This document shows positions 57,931-64,000 of a DNA stretch of 64,000 bases, one piece after another. Origin of the DNA: an uncultured Synergistales bacterium (GTDB lineage Bacteria > Synergistota > Synergistia > Synergistales > Aminobacteriaceae); assembly GCA_905233455.1 (NCBI GenBank), contig CAJOES010000014.1:4500-68499 (forward strand). The letters run 5' to 3'. How positions within the stretch are numbered: position 1 is the stretch's first letter; every line of letters begins with the position of its first letter. The position numbers were made by a program, and so were the translations under genes. The notes below the pieces were generated by a model that saw only the letters and a program-made list of their open reading frames with translations, was not told where the DNA came from and ran no database searches.

Positions 57931-59850
57931 TCAAATACCCCCCCCCCCCCCACTGGTTGGAATATATTTCGCGAGCATCTCCTCAAGCTCTTTCCCGTTC
58001 ACAGGTTTGCTCAGGAAGTCATCGAAACCTGCCGCGAGAAGTTCTGCCCTTACGCCGACAAGAGCATTTGCCGTGCAGACGATAACCTTAGCCTTAGCTC
58101 CGGGGGCATCAGGCATTTTCTTTATGTTTGCCAGAGTTTCTTTACCGTCCATTCTGGGCATCATGTAATCCATAAGGATAATGTCATACGAATTTGCAGC
58201 AACTTTCTTCAGGCATTCTTCGCCGGATTCTGCCTCGTCCACCTTTACTTCCGTTTCCTTCATGAGCGAGCGCAGGACTATCCTGTTCATGTCGTTATCG
58301 TCAACAACAAGCACGTGTGCTCCCGGTGCCTTGAGTATCTTGCGTTCCTTCTTCTTGTTGTGCGAGGACTCTTCCTCATACTGCCTGATAGTCTTATCGC
58401 CTACAATCTTTTGCGGCAATACTACATGGAACGTTGAACCCATGCCGTATGTTGATGTAACTTCAACGCTTCCTCCCATCAGTTCAATCAGGCGGCCTGT
58501 AATCGCGAGGCCAAGTCCCGTCCCTTCAATGTTATGCGTTTCCTTTGCGTCAATCCTGCTGAATGACTGAAACAGCTTCGGTATGTCCTCCGCATGAATG
58601 CCTATGCCCGTATCAGCAACGGTTATGTGAAGCGTGATCAGCGACGGGTCATCGCCTTTAGTGCCGGTCAGCGTGAATTTGACACTTCCGCGCTTGGTAT
58701 ACTTTACGGCGTTGTTGAGGATATTCACCATGATCTGATGCACCCTTATCCTGTCGCCGAAAAGCTCATCAGGCAGTGAACTGTCTATCTGCGCAATGTA
58801 CTTCAAACCTTTCTGTTCTGCACGTATCTTTATCATGTTGTCGACATCACGCAATACCCGTGCAAGGTCATAATTTCTTGCAGAGAGTTCAAGCTGTCCC
58901 GACTCTATCTTCGAGAAGTCTAATATGTCGTTGATTATGTGAAGCAGTGTATTTCCCGCGCTCTGTATGTCCTGTGCATACTGGTATATCGGGCCTGCCT
59001 CGTATTTACGCAGTATCACTTCATCCATTCCGAGAATAGTCGTCAGGGGCGTGCGGATCTCATGCGACATGTTCGCGAGGAATTCACCTTTCGCCGCATC
59101 TGCCGCAATAGCCGCTTCATTTGCCTCGTCTGCAATAGCCTTAGCCTTGCGCAGCCTCTCAAGTGTCCGCTCAAGATCCCTGTATGCAGGAGTCTCAAGC
59201 AGGAAGAAGAAGTAATACACATTCACGGATATTATGACGAAGTTCACCGGTATATCAGGGAAGAACTGAGCTTGTGCCGTCTGAATGCTCCAGCACACAA
59301 AGAAATTCAGGAACAGTGCCCATAACTGCCCCTTTGTGAAGGCTTTTCGGAAAAGATAAAGTTCTATCCATGTCCATACTGAAAATATCCATATATATGT
59401 TATCGTAAACAGTCCCCATAAATCCCCGGTCAAGAGCCGCATACCGTCATCACTGATTATGTAGTTGGTTTTCGTGAAGAATGCTACAAGCTGGAAGTAG
59501 AAGAATGTGCCTAATACGATATTCTGCGCAAAAAGCATCTTCCGCTTGAACGGCGAGTCCTGGCCGAACCCCGCAATGTAGCGCATGAACATGAAATATA
59601 CCCCGCAGGCGCACATCTGCCACACAAGAGAACATATATACTGAGCTGTGATGGAATATCCGGAGTCTTTTGCGAGGACGACTGAACAGAATACATCAAC
59701 TATACTGCTTACAGTCGTCATGTAACAGTAGCGAAGCAATCCTTTCTTTTCGCTGGAAGTGCCCGAATAGATAAGCTGAAGATACACGCACAGGGTAACG
59801 CTCAGGAATATAACAGCTATTTCTGATTCTATTATGTAATGGCTTTCCAA
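57931..59850 (-). CDS. Hybrid sensor histidine kinase (7TM N-terminal domain, HisKA, HATPase_c, REC)
   Basis: 639 aa. H-box MSHEIRTPLTTILGM, ...NILNNAVKYT..., ...DTGIGI..., ...GTGLGL..., and a receiver ...VLVVDDNDMN...IILMDYMMPRMDG... TTG start with a GAAGGGG RBS. Confidence 0.9.
   Translation of the reverse strand: MESHYIIESEIAVIFLSVTLCVYLQLIYSGTSSEKKGLLRYCYMTTVSSIVDVFCSVVLAKDSGYSITAQYICSLVWQMCACGVYFMFMRYIAGFGQDSPFKRKMLFAQNIVLGTFFYFQLVAFFTKTNYIISDDGMRLLTGDLWGLFTITYIWIFSVWTWIELYLFRKAFTKGQLWALFLNFFVCWSIQTAQAQFFPDIPVNFVIISVNVYYFFFLLETPAYRDLERTLERLRKAKAIADEANEAAIAADAAKGEFLANMSHEIRTPLTTILGMDEVILRKYEAGPIYQYAQDIQSAGNTLLHIINDILDFSKIESGQLELSARNYDLARVLRDVDNMIKIRAEQKGLKYIAQIDSSLPDELFGDRIRVHQIMVNILNNAVKYTKRGSVKFTLTGTKGDDPSLITLHITVADTGIGIHAEDIPKLFQSFSRIDAKETHNIEGTGLGLAITGRLIELMGGSVEVTSTYGMGSTFHVVLPQKIVGDKTIRQYEEESSHNKKKERKILKAPGAHVLVVDDNDMNRIVLRSLMKETEVKVDEAESGEECLKKVAANSYDIILMDYMMPRMDGKETLANIKKMPDAPGAKAKVIVCTANALVGVRAELLAAGFDDFLSKPVNGKELEEMLAKYIPTSGGGGGI
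57938..57951 (-). repeat. Homopolymeric G14 tract (C14 on the plus strand) at the junction of two kinase genes
   Basis: Read directly: 14 consecutive C at 57938-57951. It encodes the GGGGG of ...IPTSGGGGGI* and ends 7 nt upstream of the next gene's ATG. Confidence 0.95.
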
Positions 59851-60006
59851 ATTTTTTTACCCCTTCTGAATTGGATTTGAGAAAAATTTTTAATGCGTCC
59901 GATAAAAAGTACCTCTAAATTAAATATTTCAGGGTTATTCATATGGAGCAGTGATTAAATGTATGCAAGTATAGCACCTGTGCTTTAATTGTGATATTAT
60001 TCAGGC

Positions 60007-62445
60007 ATGAATACACAATCACTGAAACAATTTATCTTTGCACCTGATTCTACAGGAATGAATATCACTGCATTATGTATATGTTCATTCGGAGGAATAT
60101 TAGCCGTCTCTATGGGTATTATCGGCTTCGTGAGGCTGGTTTTAGGATTCCACACTCCGGCCTATGCGTATTTCACTGCAGCAATAATATCACTGGCTGT
60201 ATGTTTATGGTCGCTGTACTGTATTATCACCGGCAAAGTAAGTTCGCTCGAAAAATTATCATATCCCATAGTTGCAGGAGGATTTATTTACGGCTTAACC
60301 GCATTGTTCTTCATTGACGGCGGAACTTTGGGAGGAGTCCCGGTATTCTTCATTCTGGCAGTTGTGGCTACACCGTTCTTTCTGGATCTCTGGAAGGCTG
60401 TTATCATGGTGTGCCTTGAGATTGCCGCATACATACTCAACGCGATATTTGCCGCAAACTATCCCCGCTCGATTGATCCCGCGCTGGCTATACCGTCGAA
60501 CGCATTTATCCCGGTTCTGATTGTGGCTCTGGCTCTTGGGATTCTGTGCCTGCTCTACACATACGCATACAGACATCAGCAGGTAAGGTTAGACAACGCT
60601 ATAGCTGAAGCAAATTCCGCCAATGAAGCAAAAAGTTCCTTCCTAAATAATATGTCTCATGAAATTCGTACCCCAATGAACTCAATATTAGGCATGAACG
60701 AGATGATATTGCGCGAGGAAGAAAGGCCGGAGATAAAAGAATATGCCCTTGTGATCCAGAGGAGCGGAAGGGCACTGCTTGGGATAATTAATGATGTTCT
60801 CGACTTCTCCAAACTTCAGGACAAGAAGATGGAGATTGTTCCGGTACGTTACGATTTAAGCTCGCTGTTAAACGACATGGTCAATATAGCGGCAGAACAG
60901 GCAAAAAAGAAATCCCTCACATTCACGGTGAATGTAGCTAAAGAAATACCCAGAATACTTGACGGCGACGAGTATCACATCAGGCAGGTAATGCTGAACA
61001 TACTCAACAACGCAATCAAATACACAGAGCGCGGCGGAGTTACGGTTACGGTAGGATATGAGACTATCGACAACTATAACATTCTGCTGAAATTCTCGGT
61101 GAGTGATACGGGTATCGGCATAAAGTCAGAAGACCTTGAATATATCTTCCAGCCGTTTGAACACATAGAAGCCTCAAGGAGATTCAGTGCGGACGGGTCA
61201 GGGCTTGGCCTCCCGATAGTGCAGAAATTACTGCAGTTAATGGGATCTGAACTGAAGGTTGAGAGCGTGTTCCATAAAGGCTCGACGTTCTCGTTTGAGG
61301 TTCACCAGTCCGTCATCAAGTGGGAGCCTATCGGAGATTATGAGCGCGCATTCTCCACTGCGGCGGCACATCAGACAAAGACATTTACGCAGTCATTCAC
61401 AGCACCTAACGCAAAAGTTTTGGTTGTTGATGACGCTGATGTAAACCTGCTTGTGTTCTCTAACCTGCTCAAGAAGACAAAGATAAAGATTGATACGGCT
61501 TCAAGCGGCGTTGAAATGCTGCAAATGGTGAGAATGAATCACTATGATATGATTTTCCTTGATCACAGAATGCCAGGCATGGACGGTATTGAAGCATTCC
61601 ATAACATGAAGAAGATGACTGACGGGCTGAACTACAATACTCCTGTAGTTGCACTGACGGCAAATGCTGTTCTCGGTGCAAGACAGCTCTATATCGATGA
61701 GGGGTTCAGCGACTATATCTCAAAGCCCGTAGACACCGTGAGGCTTGAACAGGTACTGCTTGAGTACCTGCCCGCTGACCTCGTGAACAGGAACGCATCA
61801 GACACGCAGGAAGAAGACACAAAGCCAGTGATTGATGCAGAGGTCGTTGAAGATGCACCGGCAGAGGAAGAATCACCCTACAAGAACATTCCGGGAATAG
61901 ATTATGATGCGGCTGTAACGAACTGCGGAAGTGAGGATACATTCATTCAGGCACTGGAGATATTCTATAACTCTTTGGACAAGAAGGCAGATGAGATTGA
62001 AGGCTTCGAGCGCGAGAAAGACATAAAGAACTACACCATAAAGGTACATGCCCTAAAGAGTGCGGCAAGGCTTGTCGGTGCGCTGAAACTTTCGGAGGAC
62101 GCTAAATACCTTGAGGCTTGCGGGGACAAAAATGACGTTCACGAGATAGAACAGAAGACACCCGCACTGCTCTCACAGTACAGAGGCTATAAGGCTGTGC
62201 TTGCTCCTGTGTTCGGCAAGGGCGAAGAGGAAGATATGTCCCTGCCGGAAATCTCCATTGATGACCTGAACGAAATGTACTCGCTGATCAAGGGCTTTGC
62301 GGCAGATTTCGATTTAGACAACATAGACAGCATGATGGCTGAAGCAAAGAATTACAGGATACCTGAGTCAGAACGCGAAAAATTCGAGAAGATAAAAGAG
62401 TGCGTAACAAATGCTGACTGGGGAACTCTTGAGGAATTACTATAG
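60007..62445 (+). CDS. Hybrid sensor histidine kinase with REC and a C-terminal HPt domain
   Basis: 812 aa. Multi-TM N-terminus, H-box MSHEIRTPMNSILGM, HATPase (...NILNNAIKYT..., DTGIGI, GSGLGL), receiver (...VLVVDDADVN...MIFLDHRMPGMDG...), and an HPt motif ...IKVHALKSAARLVGA... Confidence 0.9.
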   Translation: MNTQSLKQFIFAPDSTGMNITALCICSFGGILAVSMGIIGFVRLVLGFHTPAYAYFTAAIISLAVCLWSLYCIITGKVSSLEKLSYPIVAGGFIYGLTALFFIDGGTLGGVPVFFILAVVATPFFLDLWKAVIMVCLEIAAYILNAIFAANYPRSIDPALAIPSNAFIPVLIVALALGILCLLYTYAYRHQQVRLDNAIAEANSANEAKSSFLNNMSHEIRTPMNSILGMNEMILREEERPEIKEYALVIQRSGRALLGIINDVLDFSKLQDKKMEIVPVRYDLSSLLNDMVNIAAEQAKKKSLTFTVNVAKEIPRILDGDEYHIRQVMLNILNNAIKYTERGGVTVTVGYETIDNYNILLKFSVSDTGIGIKSEDLEYIFQPFEHIEASRRFSADGSGLGLPIVQKLLQLMGSELKVESVFHKGSTFSFEVHQSVIKWEPIGDYERAFSTAAAHQTKTFTQSFTAPNAKVLVVDDADVNLLVFSNLLKKTKIKIDTASSGVEMLQMVRMNHYDMIFLDHRMPGMDGIEAFHNMKKMTDGLNYNTPVVALTANAVLGARQLYIDEGFSDYISKPVDTVRLEQVLLEYLPADLVNRNASDTQEEDTKPVIDAEVVEDAPAEEESPYKNIPGIDYDAAVTNCGSEDTFIQALEIFYNSLDKKADEIEGFEREKDIKNYTIKVHALKSAARLVGALKLSEDAKYLEACGDKNDVHEIEQKTPALLSQYRGYKAVLAPVFGKGEEEDMSLPEISIDDLNEMYSLIKGFAADFDLDNIDSMMAEAKNYRIPESEREKFEKIKECVTNADWGTLEELL

Positions 62446-62505
62446 TCCGTTGGGTTGGAGACGGGCAAAAGATTATAAACGCGAAAGAAGGCAGAAGGAA
62501 GAATA

Positions 62506-63366
62506 ATGAGCAAAATATTATTCATCACAGAGAAAACGAGCTTCATATCGGAAGGCATAATCAACCACCTGAAAGCCCAAGAATTTGAGGTTCTCACGGT
62601 AAAGCCGGACGTAACGGCAATATCGAACTTCCTGAAGGAAGGCAACGAGAATGACGAGGATGCAATAGATCCTGAGGTTGCCGCATTGCTGAAGCAGGAA
62701 GACGGCACGGAAGGCGGAGGTTCTGCGGAGGACGACAAGAAAGACGACATTCCGCGAATATTCATACTGTACCTTCAGGGCGAAGATAACCTAATGATAG
62801 ACGTTCTCGGCTATATTCGTGATCTGGTCGAGGACAGGGGAATCAGATTCTTCGTGATCGGCACGCAGGAAGAGCTTGATGAAGTTATCGGTAAGAAGGC
62901 AGACTATGTTGCGCAGATGTATACGCGCCCGGTTGACCTGCCCGGCCTCATCAAGACACTGCAGAAAGAAGGCGAGGCAGTCGACAAGCTCAAGGAGTTC
63001 AAGAGCATACTTATTGTTGATGATGACGCTACTGCACTGCGGTCAATGAAGAGCCTGTTAGCGACAAAGTATAAGATTCTCGTGGCTAACTCCGGCATGA
63101 ACGCGATAACGATACTGGCAAAGAACAAAGTAGATCTGATTCTGCTGGATTTCGAGATGCCCATAGTGAACGGACCTAAAGTGCTTGAGATGATACGTTC
63201 AGATCCCAACACAGCTAACATTCCTGTGATGTTCCTGACGGCCAAAGGGGACAAGAGAAGCATTATGGAGGTTCTGAGGTTTAAGCCGGAAAAGTATCTG
63301 CTGAAGACAATGCTGCCGAAAGATATTCTTGACAGTATAGACGAATTCTTCAAGACAAGACGTTAA
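62506..63366 (+). CDS. Response regulator: N-terminal pseudo-receiver plus a C-terminal canonical REC, with no output domain
   Basis: 286 aa. C-terminal ...ILIVDDDATALRS...DLILLDFEMPIVNGPKVL...PVMFLTAKGD...KPEKYLLK. The N-terminal ~140 aa is REC-like (MSKILFITEKTSF...) but lacks the acidic pocket and carries an acidic insert. Confidence 0.8.
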   Translation: MSKILFITEKTSFISEGIINHLKAQEFEVLTVKPDVTAISNFLKEGNENDEDAIDPEVAALLKQEDGTEGGGSAEDDKKDDIPRIFILYLQGEDNLMIDVLGYIRDLVEDRGIRFFVIGTQEELDEVIGKKADYVAQMYTRPVDLPGLIKTLQKEGEAVDKLKEFKSILIVDDDATALRSMKSLLATKYKILVANSGMNAITILAKNKVDLILLDFEMPIVNGPKVLEMIRSDPNTANIPVMFLTAKGDKRSIMEVLRFKPEKYLLKTMLPKDILDSIDEFFKTRR

Positions 63367-63408
63367 GCTGAAGAAGCTATCATCAATAAAACACTCCTTT
63401 CTCAAAAC

Positions 63409-63450
63409 GAAGCTCCTGACATAAACGCAATGCCGGGAGCTTTTATTTAT
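63409..63450. terminator. Bidirectional hairpin terminator between the response regulator gene and era
   Basis: GAAGCTCC-long loop-GGAGCTT followed by TTTATTTAT on the plus strand. The minus strand has GTTTTGAG after the stem. Confidence 0.5.
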
Positions 63451-64000
63451 GCGTAACCTAAACGCTTTAACACTAAATTATTTCTTCTCCAGTCCGGGAC
63501 AACCTTAACCCAAAGGTCAAGATACACAGGCAAGCCCGTAATATCTTCTATGCTTTGCCGTGAAATCTCGCCGAGTTTCTTTATCATCTCACCCTTTGAG
63601 CCTATCACAATTTTCTTCTGTCCTTCAGTCTCTGTGATGAGTGATGCACGTATGTATAGTTTCTTTCTGTCCGGGTATTCTTCTGGACTCTTGTACTCGT
63701 CGATCTCTACAGCAACGCAATGCGGCACTTCATCCCGGAACATCATCAATATCTTTTCCCGAATGATCTCGCTGGCCATAAATTTTTCCGTAGTGTCCAT
63801 GAGAATATCAGGATCATATACCGGTTCACCCTCCGGCATCAGCGGGAGCAGAGCAGATATTACGCCGTCAATTCCACGCTTCAACCGTGCGGACACAGCA
63901 ACTTTAGCCCTGAAATCATACAGCCCGCCATAAAGCCTGAATGCAGGTTCGGGATTAGCTTTATCGGCCTTGTTCGCCGCTAATACGACAGGAAGCCCGC
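63447..64000 (-). CDS. era: GTPase Era, C-terminal part (5' end beyond the window)
   Basis: The frame is open to the window edge: ...GLPVVLAANKADKANPEPAFRLYGGLYDF... (G4 NKxD), then the KH domain ...FRDEVPHCVAVEIDEY...IVIGSKGEMIKKLGEISR...DLWVKVVPDWR... Confidence 0.9.
   Translation of the reverse strand, partial: GLPVVLAANKADKANPEPAFRLYGGLYDFRAKVAVSARLKRGIDGVISALLPLMPEGEPVYDPDILMDTTEKFMASEIIREKILMMFRDEVPHCVAVEIDEYKSPEEYPDRKKLYIRASLITETEGQKKIVIGSKGEMIKKLGEISRQSIEDITGLPVYLDLWVKVVPDWRRNNLVLKRLGYA

Overview
This 64-kb chromosomal segment comes from a flagellated, diderm anaerobe. It fits best with phylum Synergistota: a C-terminal ...GGGGGCNAG-TM-RR tail resembling the Synerg-CTERM sorting signal, He_PIG-type Ig-like surface proteins, a bamA-lpxD-lpxC-fabZ-lpxA cluster, a eukaryote-type NADP-IDH and a 757-aa aconitase. 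Most of the window is housekeeping sequence. In order it contains: a flagellar motor/switch operon (flbD-motA-motB-[hicB-hicA]-fliL-fliM-fliY); a GAF-like gene with dxs-tlyA-wzm-wzt-gmd; an AddB-like nuclease; an AT-rich islet with a sulfotransferase-like gene; acn-icd; ddl; a sigma-less partner-switching operon (DUF2156, DMT, membrane RsbW-like, Cache-HAMP-PP2C-RsbW-like, STAS-kinase-like); a disrupted adhesin gene; yajC-secD-secF; ridA-eno; rqcP-like; a YafQ-type TA pair; an orphan type IV pilin-like gene; pgm; the LPS/OM cluster headed by a sigma factor; hisZGD; a roughly 4.3-kb decayed sugar-uptake/xylulokinase locus; three paralogous 7TM hybrid histidine kinases with an HPt domain, a response regulator and a PAS-GGDEF-EAL protein; and the 3' part of era. 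I found no rRNA, tRNA, CRISPR array, transposase or integrase. The most notable non-standard signals are three perfect simple-sequence repeats placed at surface or sensory genes ((TCGTG)6, (ATGGTCG)3, G14), a HicBA cassette nested in the flagellar operon, unusual domain fusions in the partner-switching operon, an unrecognised 433-aa protein in the Skp position, and several clearly decayed genes. All family assignments come from motif recognition by eye. No database search was run.
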